NCBI GenBank assembly: GCA_001179505.1
Contig: CDMY01000455.1
Span: 1-64,000, forward strand
Origin: Vitrella brassicaformis CCMP3155
Taxonomy: Eukaryota > Protista > Chromerida
DNA length: 64,000 nt
Direction: 5' to 3'
The notes under the pieces are model-generated. The model made no database searches. It had not been told where the DNA came from and saw nothing but the letters and a program-made list of their open reading frames with translations. Each line of letters starts with the position of its first letter. Position 1 is the stretch's first letter. The translations under genes were made by a program, and so were the position numbers. Shown here one piece after another: positions 24,838-38,122 of this stretch.

Positions 24838-27800
24838 TCAGGTCACTTTCCGCTTCTTGCTCCGCGTCACGTATGTCGGCTCAGCGGCAACGGGCACAGC
24901 GGCAGCAGCAGCGACGGTCATCTGCTGGTCGGTTGGGTTCTCGGGCGCCACAGCCTCGACCGCCGCGGTCACCCTCGGCCGCTTGTTGCCGTCGCCCGCC
25001 TGAAAGTTGCTCTTCAGCGACTTGGCGCCTCGCTGTCCTCCTTCATGCAGCTCAGTGACCGCCGCCCTCTTCTTGCTGTTCTTCTTGTTGCTCTGTGTCC
25101 TGCGGACTTTCTTGGGTGCGCAGCCCTCCCGCTCCTGACTCGTCGGGAGGTCGTTGGCAGCCAGCATCGATCGCTTCTTGTCCCGCTTTTGCTGCTCCTG
25201 TGGCAGTCCGAGCCCTGGCGCCCGGCGCCTTGTGTGCGTGAGCAGCTGCTCCTTGTGCCGGCTGACGGCCCGCTGGGCGGCGTCGAGGAGGAAACCGAAG
25301 GGCAGAGTGGCGATATCAGGGGCACCCATGGTGGTCGGTTTGAAGGCCTCACACACGGCCTTCGGCTGCATGACATGATCATACGTACAAGAGAGGCACA
25401 AAGATGCATTCATGGATCGGATCGACGGATGGGTTGGGGATGTGTTTCTTCCGCCCACCAGGGAGTCGGTGTTGATGCGCGCCAGGGCCCGTGCGATCGT
25501 GAGAGGCGCCAGATGCTTGACAGCCACGTCTCTCGTGCTCACGGTCGGTGGCTGCTCGGTCAACTCGTACAGAAGAGGCCTGCATGGATTGCACACAAAG
25601 CAACCCCATCCACAATGGATGGATGGATGGATGGATTTGTGCTGCATGACTCAGTACATGTTCTTGAGTGTGTTCTTGACGGCGTGTGAGAGCTGGTTGG
25701 CGATCTTGGTACGATGCCTGACGCCGTTGAGAGTGCTGATCCCCCACTGGTCCACTTGGTCACTGTTCATGGGGGCTGAGGCGAACAGCTGCACACATGA
25801 CACAGACACGCACACAATGAAACAAAGCACTGAGCTCGGCAAAGAGCCAGACGTACCACGCAGATGTACTTACGTGTTTGAATCTTAAGAAACTTTCGCT
25901 GCCGATCTCGCCGCCGCAGATGTCCAGCCGCGACTCAACACGGAGGCCGTCGGCCTTGGCTGCCCCCACGGCGGCCTCGCACACCACCCGTACCAGATCG
26001 TGGTGACACCCAGCATCGCCCTCGGTATGCGCGGAATACGCCTGCACGCATTCAAAGACAGTGCGGTGTGGGCCGTGTGTGTGTGTGTGTGTGTGTGAGT
26101 GATTGTGTGCGTACCTGGACGAGCGAATTCAGTTTGTCCTGTTGCGCCTGTGCGCCGGTTTCCTTGGTTGACAGGTACAAGGCCATGAAGGCCGCCTCCA
26201 ACTTGGCAACACCAACCCTGATCGATACACACACACATGGACATAAATGGACGCCACACACACACACAGCGAGAGAGAAGAACAAATACAAGCCCGTCCA
26301 CTCACCCACCCTCCCACCCCTGTCCGTGTATCTGCCTGCCTGCCTGCCGCTCCTTACTTGAGTGTCTCATACAGCTTCTGTAGGGTAGCCTCCACAGCCG
26401 CCCTCATGCCCCCAAATGCATCCTCACGACCATCTTCCTGGTGCTCGCCGCCCCCTCTTATGACGACCATTACGCCCCTCGCCTGCCAATCGCACCTGTT
26501 CACCGTGAAACCCTCGCCATTCGCCGCCTTGGCCAGCTCCTGGGACAGCTCCGGGGGGCTCCTGCCCGTGGCGGTGACGGCGTCCGTCGCACGCACACTC
26601 CACACACCATTGGCGTGCTGCGTGGCGCTGGCCATGAAGGACCGCATGAAGTCGGATTTCTCGCACACGTCGTCCTTGGTGGCCCGGGAGAAGCGCAGCT
26701 TGTATGTGAGGGGCACGTTGGGGTAGATGCGACTGGTGCTGGTGGTGGGTGGGCCGTCCTGCTGCTGCTGCTGATGCTGATGCTGTATCGTGTGGTCGAG
26801 CATGCGGAAGAAGGTCGTGACGTCATCGGGTGTCTGGGCCTTGAGGGCCGCCATGGCGTCAGTCGACGGCATACTGACGGCCACCACACGGCCACCACCA
26901 CCTTGGCCACTTTCAGGCTGCTGGTCCGGTCGGCTGACGTGTATGAATTTGTGGATGCTGGTGTTGGTGCGTGCATTGGCACGTGGCTGGATGAGGTGGT
27001 CCATGAGTGCGCAGGCAAGGCGGGTGGCCGCCCAGGGATCCACCAACGGCACGCTGGCGTCGCGGTGCATCATGAGAAGGTCCTCGGGACGCACGAAGAC
27101 ATGAGAATGGCCGCGGGGGCCATCAGCACCTGACACACAGACACACAGACAGACAGGCAGGCAGGCAGGCAGAGAGAGGGAGAGAGGTACGGTGCAGACG
27201 TGTCGGTGGGTCGTGTTATGCCCCTCGCGGTCATGCGTGTGTACGCACCGTTGTCGTGCGGCTGTCCGCCTGTGTATTTGGTGTCCTTGACGTAGTTCTC
27301 AATCGACTGGGGGATGGTCAGGTGGATGGCCCCATCCACGCGCAGCGCGTGGCTTGCGTGGACGAGGTCAACGCCACTCGTCGCAACCAACACGCAAACC
27401 TTCCCTACACATAGATACATAGACACAACACAACACAACACATGTGGGCATGTCTGTGTGCTGTATGTGTGCTGTGTGTGTGCTGTGTGTGTGTGGATTG
27501 ATGCCCATCGCCCACTCGCTCCCTCACCTGTGATGAATCGGTCCATCACGGCGGCCAGCTGTGCCCTCGTGCGGCCTGAGTGATAGGTTTCCACCTCCCC
27601 ATACACACCTGCACACAACACAACAAACCACAACACAACACAACACAACACACATGCATGTGTCATCCAGCCATCCATCCATCCATCCATCCATCCGCCT
27701 GTCTCTCTCTGAGTGTTCTTTGTGTGTGTCCTGACGTACGTGTTTTCATCAGGGAATCTGCAAGCAGCTCGGCGTCCGACTGTCGCCACGCAAAGACGAC

Positions 27801-28751
27801 GATGGTCTTCATGGCCGCCCAGGGATGTTTCCTGAGCAGCGCCTTGACCTCCATGACCCGGTGGAAGTCCCAGCGGTACTCGCTGTAGGTCAGGCCAAAG
27901 ACACCATCGTCATTGGAGCCAGCTGGACAGACAGACAGCACAGGGAGGAATGCAGTTGAGGGCTTATTGTTCAGATGTCTGTCTGTCTGTCTGTCTTGGG
28001 CCTGATGTGTCTGTCCGTTGTGGTTGTGTACAGCGCCTGTGTACCTGAGTCCTGGCGATGTTCTTGGCCATTGGCGGGGCCGTCGCGCGCAGGCAAAGAC
28101 TCGTGCACCTGCAGACAGACACAGAGTGACGATGCCCAAAGATGGAGGGAGGCACATCATATCAAAAGTTTGTGAGTCAGAGATTAATCCTCACTCACTC
28201 ACTCACTCACTCACTCGAGGCTCGTTGACGTCTCGGTTGGCAAGACCGCTCCTATCCCTTTTCCCCATGGTCTTCCTGTTCTCCTCTCGTTTTGCAGGAC
28301 TGGCACTGACCTTGGCACCCTGCTGCCGCTGCTGGCTGACGGGGGAGGGCAGCGTCAGCGGCAAAAACGGGTTGTGGAGAGGCGGGGACGGAAGCGCCGC
28401 GCCGCGGAGGTCCGGCCCCTGCTGCCTGCCGCTCTGCAGCTCCTGTGACCGTGACGCGACGGGCAGGGGCGACAGCGGGTGCGATGCCCTCTGCTGGTGC
28501 TGCTGCTGCTGCTGGTGGTGGTGGTGGCGGTGGTTGGTTGTGGGTGAGCGATGGTGACCGGAGTGCGGCAAACCGTTGGTGCCATACTGCAGGTGGCGCA
28601 TCTCCTGTCGGTGCTGACGCAAATCAGCACGTGAGTGAACGTTGCGTGATGGGTAGGGAGGGTGAAGAGCGATGGACGGTTGGCTCAGCTCCAGGCGTGG
28701 CAAGGGTCCTGAAGGCCGTGGTGGCTCCGGCGACGGCGGCGAGCCCGACAT
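24838..28751 (-). CDS. RecQ4-like protein with a degenerate helicase core (no motif I/II seen; motif VI lost)
   Basis: Exons read LCLRATAPP (motif III-like), KTIVVFAWRQSDAELLADSL (IV), ETYHSGRTRAQLAAVMDRFITG-KVCVLVATSG (IVa/V), AIHLTIPQSIENYV, and a RecQ4-like C-terminal LTIARALARI..LPFGFLLDAA. Confidence 0.6.
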
Positions 28752-29192
28752 AACTGACTGCCGATGAACGAAGAACACTGACCAGCTTAGACCTGCACAC
28801 ACAGACACACAGCCATCCGTCACAGAGGTCAGATTATCGCTGCATGCGAACACGCGCTGCCTGGCAGTGCCCGTGCGGTGCTCATATGGCACGTTGTCCC
28901 ACCCGCGGCTTCCTGCCTTGTCTCAGCTCCGCTTACTTGAACTATTGTGACAAGCCGCGTTCTCTATGACGTCAGACAGCGGCGTTCGTCTCTGCAAAAG
29001 GCGTGGAGAGCCATTTTTCCGCCATCACAGAGCTTTTCATGTCCATAGGGTCGGATAGGTTTCACGAATAAGCTCGCATACACCCTTAACCGACCGACCG
29101 ACCGACATGGATTCCTTCCGAGGAGGCTCAGAAACATGCCTGACTAAAGATATCTTGAGATCTGCATCTCTGTACTGACGATTCGACAGGCC

Positions 29193-30829
29193 ATGACGGG
29201 CGTGACGCTTGTAGGGGCCAGCGAGACCTTTACCAGCTATGAAGATGACTACCATCAGCTGGCCCGTGACATCAGCCAGAGGATCAGCCAGATACAGACG
29301 CAGAGATGCGGTCAGCCAACTACACGCACTCAGTGTGATTGCGAGGCGCTGTGCTGTGCTGTGTTTTCCTGCATGTGTTGATGCGGTGTGTTGTTGATGC
29401 AGGTCCGGCTGAGGTGGCGGAAACTGGGGATCTGTTGCAAGACGCTAGGAGCTGTGTACGCCAAGCCACACAGACAGACNNNNNNNNNNNNNNNNNNNNN
29501 NNNNNNNNNNNNNNNNNNNNNNNNNNNNNNNNNNNNNNNNNNNNNNNNNNNNNNNNNNNNNNNNNNNNNNNNNNNNNNNNNNNNNNNNNNNNNNNNNNNN
29601 NNNNNNNNNNNNNNNNNNNNNNNNNNNNNNNNNNNNNNNNNNNNNNNNNNNNNNNNNNNNNNNNNNNNNNNNNNNNNNNNNNNNNNNNNNNNNNNNNNNN
29701 NNNNNNNNNNNNNNNNNNNNNNNNNNNNNNNNNNNNNNNNNNNNNNNNNNNNNNNNNNNNNNNNNNNNNNNNNNNNNNNGCCTGCCTGCCTGCCTGCCTG
29801 TGTTCATCTGAGTTGCTTTCATTTCGCCTGTCTATGTGTGTGTGTGTATACAAACGCTGCAGTTGAAGCACATGGAGCTGGAGGTGCAGAGCATGCCCGC
29901 CAACACTTCACTCACAAACAAGGTAGGTACTCCGCATTGCACACACGCAACCCACTCAGCCCATGCAACTTTCATCCATGGATCAGGTCAAGCGGATTCG
30001 CGCCGACCTGACCGACTTGAGTCGTGACTTCGACCGCGTCCGTGCCAGGCACCAGCGTGATCAGCTTATCGGCAGGGGCAGATACGCCGCCGACGACACG
30101 AGCGCCAGTGTGCCGATGTCGGGGGGACAACAGATGCAGGTGGGCGACCCGGCTCACTGGCACCCATGGCTGCAGTTGGCACACATGGATGCCTCCCTCT
30201 GTGTGTGTGGTGTGTGTAGGAGTCGTCAAGTGCGCCGTCGTCGCACCGCGCTCGGCTGCTGGAGGGGCAGGACATGCTGCAGGATGGCACCAGACGGCTG
30301 GAACAGAGCAAACGGTATGTCTGCACCTAGGTCATGTGGGTATTGTCCACGGCTCATTATGGTGTGCATGTGCGTGTCTTGTGCGTGGTGTGTGTGTGTG
30401 CTCAGGGTAGCGCTGGACACTGAGAGTGTGGGGATCAACGTCATGTCAGACTTGAAGGGGCAGAGGGAAACCCTCATGAGGACTCACCAACACGTGGGCA
30501 TGGCAATCAACCGATACACACACGCACAGGCACAGGCCATGGCCATACCCGTGGCTGTGTTTGTGTCTTGTCTGTGTTGTGTTGCAGGTCCGCGACACAG
30601 ACAGCAACCTGCAGCGGGCCAAGCGCATTCTGCGCACCATGGTAAGGACAATTGACGCTCACGGACGGACATCACAAAGAGTTGTTGTCTATCTCTGTTT
30701 GTCCGCGTGTCTGTGTAGGGTCGTCGCGCGTTGACCAACAAGGTGCTGCTGCATGTCATCATAGTGCTGCTGCTGCTGGCCATCGTCATGACGCTCGTCA
30801 TGAAGCTCACGAGGACACACAGGAAGTGA
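29193..30829 (+). CDS. VTI1: Qb-SNARE Vti1-like vesicle transport v-SNARE
   Basis: N-terminal Habc domain (FTSYEDDYHQL..LKHMELEVQSM), SNARE motif (RLEQSKRVALDTESVGINVMSDLKGQRETL..TDSNLQRAKRILRTMGRR) and a C-terminal TM helix. Confidence 0.92.
29480..29779. other. Assembly gap (300 N) inside a Vti1 intron
   Basis: Run of N between (GACA)n and (GCCT)n microsatellites. Confidence 0.99.
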
Positions 30830-31616
30830 ATGTCGGTGGAGGGGAGGGGCGTCTAGTCTAGCATAGTGTGTCGGGTGTATAGATTGATGTGACAGATGCA
30901 TGGATGGATGGATGGATGGGCGGCCGACACTGCTACACGATCATTGTACATGTACAACAACAGCAGTGTCTCTTTCTGTGTTGATCACATGCAGCCGTCC
31001 GTCATCGACTATGCTATCCACACGAGAGAGGGGGTCTCTCTACCGATCCGCCTGCCCTGTACACCAGCGAGCGCCCCTGCCCTTTGCACACACACCCACA
31101 CAAGCATCCATCCATCCATCCATATGCAATCGACTAACGCAAAAAGGCGATAGATACATGCCCATTGGTCGTGCGATGATCGCCACTTACGGGGCAACGA
31201 AAAACCACGCACACACCCAAGCCGAAAACGGCAGCATTCGAGTCAAAGTAAGAACATTCTGGCGTTCCTTCCACACACGCACATCGAGCAATTGACCCAC
31301 AAGTAGTGAGTGAGACATCAATATTCGGGCACCCCATCCATCCATTCCCCCCAAACGCAGAGAGGCAGGCAGGCAGGCAGTCAGGCAGGCAGCTACGGAA
31401 TGTCCTCTGCACTGGCTGGCTAGCTGAAAGGGGAGACGGCAACTAGTAGGTGCCCTCTCAATTATCTAGCTATCCACTGCACAAGCAACAACAAAGCGGG
31501 CGAAACGCCGTGCACGCCCACACACCCGCACCCATTCCCCTGGCCCATCCATCTCCACCCTACACACGTGCAGCCAAGGCTAGGCTACCATACTGCTAAG
31601 TGGGCGAGTGGATCAG

Positions 31617-32807
31617 TCAGTCGATGGAGCCCAGGTGCGCCCTCTCGTACTGCCTCATCCGCGACTGCAGGGTGTTGATGCGCATGGAGAGGTACTCGTT
31701 CTCCTCCTTGAGTCTGCTGTTCTCGCGCAGCATGTCCCTGGCGGCCTGCATGTGCTGCTGGAAGAGCATCGTCTGCCCGATCACCAGCAGGTTCGTCTGC
31801 TGCAATGTCTTGAGGATCCGCTCAGACGTCTCCACATCCAAACACTGCGGGTAAGACGGCAAACCACCACCACCACCACTACCGCCGTTGCTAACCCCCA
31901 CCCCCACCCCCGCCCCTCCCTCTCCCTCTGCAGCCATCATGCCCCCCTGCAGCTGCACAATCGTCTGCAGCAGCTGCGCCGCGCTCGCCGCACCCAAGAG
32001 ATGCTGATGCCCATCGGCTAAGGGGATGGACACCTCCTCATCTCCACCGCCATGGTGTGTGTGCGCGGGCGGCATGGGAATGGATGGCGTGACCATGGAG
32101 TTGGGCATGGACGTGGGCGGCGTCAGCTGGTGGTCGGTCGGGGCGAAGAGCTGGCCGGCAAAACGCCTCGGCGGACCGTCGGAAGTCACGCCTGGGTCAG
32201 CAGTGGGTGTGTGGGGGGCTGTGGGGTGCGATGACGGCTGAGTCGATGGCACCGACATGGATGCGGATCTGAGGTTGGCAGAGGGGGAGGGGGACGGGGA
32301 GGTGGGGAATGGGAGGCCCATCGAGCTACAGGCGAAATGCAGGGGCGCCACGCCAGATGGCTCTGCACGGTCTTGCGACCCGGGGGTGTAGCTGGCGGGC
32401 TTCTTGGTCACGCTGCGGGGCGTGATCTCATCGGGCTGCTCCGGCGGCCCATAGCCGTAGGAAGTGGACATCTCCCCCGGGCATCCATAAGGCGGTGGAA
32501 GGCCCCACAGCGACGAGGCTCCCGCCACGACGCCCATCATGGCCTCCCTGCCGTCGTTGATGCTGCCCATGCTGCTGGTGAACGGGACGGGAAGGGACTG
32601 AGGGCTGTCGGCAGTGAAGTAGGACGATGCTCGAGAGGGGAGGGGGACCGTTGATGGGTCGGGAGAGGCCGGCAGCAGGTCCTTGCCATGGATCATACTA
32701 TACCGCCACACACAACCACTCCGCTCTGTAGTGTATAATGCACAGAAAACATGGGAGAAAGTGGCAGATCGGCACCACGTGTGGGTGGATCTTCCACCTG
32801 TGTCCAT
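31617..32807 (-). CDS. Low-complexity P/S/G-rich protein with a C-terminal leucine zipper
   Basis: A long open frame ends in the heptad repeat MLRENSRLKEENEYLSMRINTLQSRMRQYE. The start is uncertain (32807 or 32696). Confidence 0.7.
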   Translation of the reverse strand: MDTGGRSTHTWCRSATFSHVFCALYTTERSGCVWRYSMIHGKDLLPASPDPSTVPLPSRASSYFTADSPQSLPVPFTSSMGSINDGREAMMGVVAGASSLWGLPPPYGCPGEMSTSYGYGPPEQPDEITPRSVTKKPASYTPGSQDRAEPSGVAPLHFACSSMGLPFPTSPSPSPSANLRSASMSVPSTQPSSHPTAPHTPTADPGVTSDGPPRRFAGQLFAPTDHQLTPPTSMPNSMVTPSIPMPPAHTHHGGGDEEVSIPLADGHQHLLGAASAAQLLQTIVQLQGGMMAAEGEGGAGVGVGVSNGGSGGGGGLPSYPQCLDVETSERILKTLQQTNLLVIGQTMLFQQHMQAARDMLRENSRLKEENEYLSMRINTLQSRMRQYERAHLGSID

Positions 32808-33061
32808 GAGATCGCCCACCTCAGCCGCCTGCCGGTCCTGCGGCCTCCTCCAGACCTCCACCTCTCGCCCCCCGGACGAGCACCGACCACAAGAAGGCTA
32901 CCAGTTGGTCAGGGAATTGGGGAAAAGCGGTAGCAAAACACCCGCCGGATGTAAACGGGGGCTTTGTGGGGGCGTCTTTCCGCATCGCGTCTCACAGCAT
33001 CATCCTTTGGCATCCCGCATTCTCAGCCGCATCCCTCTTCTGAGCATATCCGTGAATATCA

Positions 33062-33980
33062 ATGGTGTCCTCTGCCTCGCTACTGCTGACAGTACTCACC
33101 ATCGGCTTGGTCCTGTTTGACTACCCGTCGCTCTTCGTGACTGCCCACGGTGCCCGGATCCGGCACCGTGTCAGCTCCAAGAGCGCCCACCGCCATGCAC
33201 ACGCCAGACTTGCAATGAAACAGACGACCAGGGGCCCCCCATGCTCCATCGAATTCGAGGCTGAGGTACGGACGGCATTCGGTCGGCCTGTCGCACTGCA
33301 AATGTGTGCTCATGTGTGAGGCAGATACAGAACGTCACTGCGCCGAAGGACCCGAAACAGAACGAGATGAAGATCAACTGGTACCCGTCGAAGTGGTACG
33401 CGTCGGAGTTCAGCACTGTCGCCGGTACGCTCTGGCTGAGACGAAACTTGCAGTGTGTGTCAGCGGTCTATTGTGGGGCCGGCTGGCTGAGTGCAGACCC
33501 TAGCCATTGGGTGTTCGAGGCATGCGACTCCAGCAAGGGTGAGGTCTGCATCATGCGAAAGTTGGTGATCTTGCCAAAGCTTGCCGAAGCGTTCAAAATC
33601 GAAGCCACGGGACAGGGCCAGTGCCTGCCGTTCGCTACTTACGGGAAATACTGTGTGGATCAAAAGAAACAGCCCCTGGACAACGCCTTCTACTGCCTCC
33701 GAGGGGGGTTCGACATGGTCAGTCATGCCGGCGGGGATGAGTAAGAAACAATTAAGGGGCCGGGTGGCTGCTTTTCTTGCATGTTGGGTTGCAGCCCGTC
33801 AAGCTTCACAACAAGGTCAAGAAGGACCAAAGCCTCGCGAGCATCTTAAAGTCGGCCAAGGTGGGGCCCCTGTTCACGAGCTTCATTCTTCCCGACACCG
33901 ACGATTGGGGCAAGGACAAGGGCAAGACCGTCCTCAACTACTTCAAAGCAGAGCCTCGCACAGACAAGACCAAGAAATGA
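33062..33980 (+). CDS. Secreted hypothetical protein (signal peptide, Cys/Trp-containing domain)
   Basis: Hydrophobic N-terminus MVSSASLLLTVLTIGLVLF; three exons join via GT-AG introns. Confidence 0.65.
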
Positions 33981-34026
33981 AGAAACATGCCACCAGAGGC
34001 CGGTGGACAGGCAGCAGGCAGGCAAG

Positions 34027-34058
<32 letters not shown>

Positions 34059-34416
34059 CCCGAGATTTGCCCGTGTGGACGCATGGCATGGATGGAGTAA
34101 TACGCGGTTGACAGCGACTGACCTGTCTCTGGTCACACATGGCCCGCCCGAAAAAGTCAATTCATCAGTCAAGACAGCCTGACAAATGGGTATCTATAGT
34201 GTTGCTCTATCGCTACTATGTCGTCCGTCCATTCCACACAAGTGGGTATGTACAACGTTGACAAGCACCCTGGATGGCTGCATACATGGCGTCGAAAAAA
34301 CACTGGCATACGGCCTGCCTGCCTCTACACGGCGAGACAGATGGATAGATGGATGGATGGCTATCGTACACCGACTCACACACAGCACAAGATGGACTTG
34401 CCTGCCTTCCGGTGTC

Positions 34417-37400
34417 TCATGTGACGGTGGGTATGTTTCTCGTGCGGTAGTCCTCCCCCTGGAAGATGGGCGCCCGCTGCTCCTCCTCCCTCTCCCTCTC
34501 GTCCTCACCACGCAAGAACTCCTCATCGCCAGCAGCCTCTTTCCGCACATGCCCATGAGTCGTCGCCTGGACCTGCACATACACACCAGAGGGATGGGCG
34601 GATGCATTTGTCGCTGGCCGACCGACCGATCAGAGCTGATATGTACCTGTCGGGCCCACTGGCTGGCGTATTTGCCGTTGGGTATCCTCAGTAGCTCGGC
34701 GTGCGACCCCTGCTCCGCAATGATGCCGTTGTCGATGTAGACGATCTGGTCGGCGTCCACTATCGTCGACAGCCGGTGGGCGATCGCCACACTCGTGCGG
34801 GATTGACCCATCGTCTGTACCACCAGACCAGAGAGGCAGGCGGCATTTGTGGTCCGCCGACGGAGCGTTGCGTGGCTCTCTTTGTCTCACCTTGAATGCG
34901 TCGAGGATCTTCTTCTCGGTCTCGAGATCCAGCGACGATGTGGCCTCGTCAAACACGACGATCAGCGGATTCCTGACACACACACACACTCACACACATG
35001 CGTTGACACCCACCCCTGCCTGCCTCTGTGTGTCTCGACTAATCACTCACCTGAGAATGCACCTGGCGATGCCGACCCTCTGCTTTTCGCCGCCCGACAG
35101 CTTCAGTCCCCTCTCGCCCACCACCGTGTCGTAACCCTGACACACAGCCGATTGACGAATAAACACTATAGGCACCAGGAAACAAACGCAGCCAGCCCCA
35201 AATGTATGAGTGACAGCAGCTGACCTACCTTTGGGAAGTTGGAGATTGTGTCGTGCAGGTGTGCTGCCTTGGCGGCAGCTACCACCTCCTCGTCGGTCGC
35301 CTGCAATCAACGCAACGCATTGGCACAAGCATTGCACGAGGGGGTCTGTTTCTCTATAGTGTGCAGTTGAGTTCCTTACAGTCGGTCTTCCGTATCTGAG
35401 GTTGAACATGATGGTGTCGTTGAACAGCACAACGTCCTGCGGCACAACACCTATGTGCTTACTACACACGCACACACACACACACACACACACCGCACGA
35501 CGGTCGGCACACATTCATCCAGCCATGCATTTGCTTCCTCACCGAAATGAGCTGGTCTTGAGTGTTCTGATGTCCTGCCCATCGAGGGTGATGCGGCCGC
35601 CGGTGGTGTCCATGACGCGGAACAGCAGCTTGATCAGCGTCGACTTGCCGGAACCCGACGAGCCCACGATGGCCAGCTTGTGGCCCGCCGGCACGGTGAA
35701 CGATATGTCTGCACACACACACACACACACACACGTGTCCACACACAGAGAGATATGCACCTGTGTGGGGGCGTGTGTGAGTGTTGTGCGCTGTGCTACC
35801 GGAGAATACGGGCACAGTCAAGTTCTTGCCGGGCTTGTAGTCGAAAGACACGTTCTCAAAGGCGATCACACCCGACCTGTAGGCAGACAGACAGACAGAC
35901 GCACTAACGAATATTTAACGCTTAGCGATTCCTTCCTGACCCCGGCACGTAGTCTTTCGCATTTGGAATGTCCGCAGCTTTCGGCTTCCGCCTGAGAAGC
36001 TCGTGAAGCTGAAAGAGATAGAGAGGCAGACACATGAGTATGCCGTCGTGTGATGTGATGTGTGTGTTGAGTGCCCGTCGCACCTTCCACATGTCGATGA
36101 GGTTGAGCCTCGTCTCGCGGTAGACCGTCCCGATGAAATTAAGAGGAATCGCCAGCTGGAACAACAGCGAATTCACCAGCACCAGGTGACCTGACAAGGT
36201 AGAGAAAGGGAGAGAGGGAGCCACCTGCCGTTCGTGTGTGCCAGGGGAGAGGGTGCGAGGACCGACTCACCGACGGGGCAGGCTCCAGCGACCACCTGTG
36301 AAGCGGTGAGGCACATGCAGGCCAGCAGGCCCGCGCTGAAGATGAGCTGCTGACCGAAGTTCAGGAAAGCCAGCGACTCCAACACCTGACGATACGCACA
36401 CACGGAGGGTGTGGTTTTATACAGCGTGCCCATGACACGACGGATGGGATGGGCGGGCAGATGGGATGGGTACCTTGACGTTTTCGTCTTCGTATTTCTT
36501 TTGTGTCTTGTTGTATCTCTCCAACTCGAACTGCTCGTTGGTGAACAGCCGAACCGCCTCGGCGTTGATGAGCGAATCCATCAACAGACCATTGCCCTCT
36601 TGCTCGGCCTACACAACACACACACACACACACACACAGAGAGAGAGAGCGAGAGAGAGAGAGAGAGAGAGGGTGAGTGAGGGTGCTTGGGTGGGTGGGC
36701 GGCGCGTCACCTGGTTCATTTTCTTTCTGATCTCTGTCCTCCACCCCGTAACTATGGTCGTGAACCCAATGTAGGACGCCATCGTGCCCACCGTAATCGC
36801 TGCAGGCACCAGGCAGCAATGTGTGTGTATGTGTCTGTGTGTGTATGTGTGGGCACCGCATACATACATACCAGCTGTCAGGGGTCCCACGCTGGTGGTG
36901 AGGACGTACAGTACGAGGGAGAACTCAAAGATGGTGGGCACCACCTGGAACAGCATCATGTTCAGGATGGACGTCGTCGACCGCACTCCCCTGACACAAC
37001 ACACCAACACGGATCACCACGGACGATCAACCACGGTGTCGTCGATATGGCTTTCTGGCCTGCCCATCTTCCACCAGAGCAGACCTCGATATGATGGTGC
37101 TCAGCTCGCCCGATTTGGCCGTCAACAGATAGTCCAAATCTGAACACGTACGTATACAGGCAAGCAATGACCATTTGCAGTGCCCTCTGTCTGCTTCTGC
37201 TGACCGAGCGAATGCAGATGGCGGAAAGCGTCGCAGGCGATATGCCGACACGCCACTTGAGAGACCTGCACAGACACAGGAATCGTGCACGTGAGCCGTC
37301 GTCTGAGGTGTTCCTCCCTCCATCTCTCCCTCCCTCCCTCCCTCCCTCCCTCTCTCTCCCACTGACCCTTGCAAATATGGCGCTCCTGAGCTCTGAGAAT

Positions 37401-38122
37401 CCCGATGCTCCGATGCGCGCCAAGGCATATGACACCAAGAAAACTACGGACACCATACCATTGAGCCACAGGACAGTAAGCCACCAGCACCCACGAATCG
37501 ACCTGCACTGCACTGCACCCACCGATGGGAATCATCTCGATCGACGGCGTTGACGCCACATGGTCCACCAGCTTGCCCAGCAGCAGGGGCGCCTGGATGG
37601 TCGCCAGCTTGCCCAGTATCAAGCAACCCACCGACGCAACCACTCGCACGCGATGTGACCTGCAATTGCAGCAGCAGCAGAAGCAGCAGCCAGCATGGCT
37701 CAGAAACGGCACATGTCATTCGTCCATCTCACTCACGTGTCACTCGGCCATAGGAAGGTCGCCAGTGACTTAAGGATGTCGAGGTTGCCCTGCCACGTCG
37801 TCCGCTTGTCCACCGCACCGCTGGCCTTGCTGTCCCCGCCACCAGCCCTCTCCCATCTGCCAGACAGCTCTATCCGCCTCTCCTCGAGGAGGGGCCGATA
37901 CCTTGATAGACACCGATGCTGACCTGCTGGGGTCCATAAAGCAGGCCTGACGCGCCAGCACTCCGCAGCAATAGTCCTGTGCGTAAGGAGGAGGGAGGGA
38001 AGGGGCGCTGCAGAGGGAGAGATGCAGGCAGCGGCTGACGTTGGGACGTCTGACGGCCAGCGGAGAGGTCTGAGGCGACGAGATGCGGGCAGTAGACTGC
38101 GGGCCAGCCTCTGCGAGGCCAT
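34417..38122 (-). CDS. ABCB7: Mitochondrial ABC half-transporter, ABCB7/ATM1 family
   Basis: R/S-rich presequence [18 protein letters not shown]; TM exons ([41 protein letters not shown]); Walker [11 protein letters not shown], signature [34 protein letters not shown]. Confidence 0.95.
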
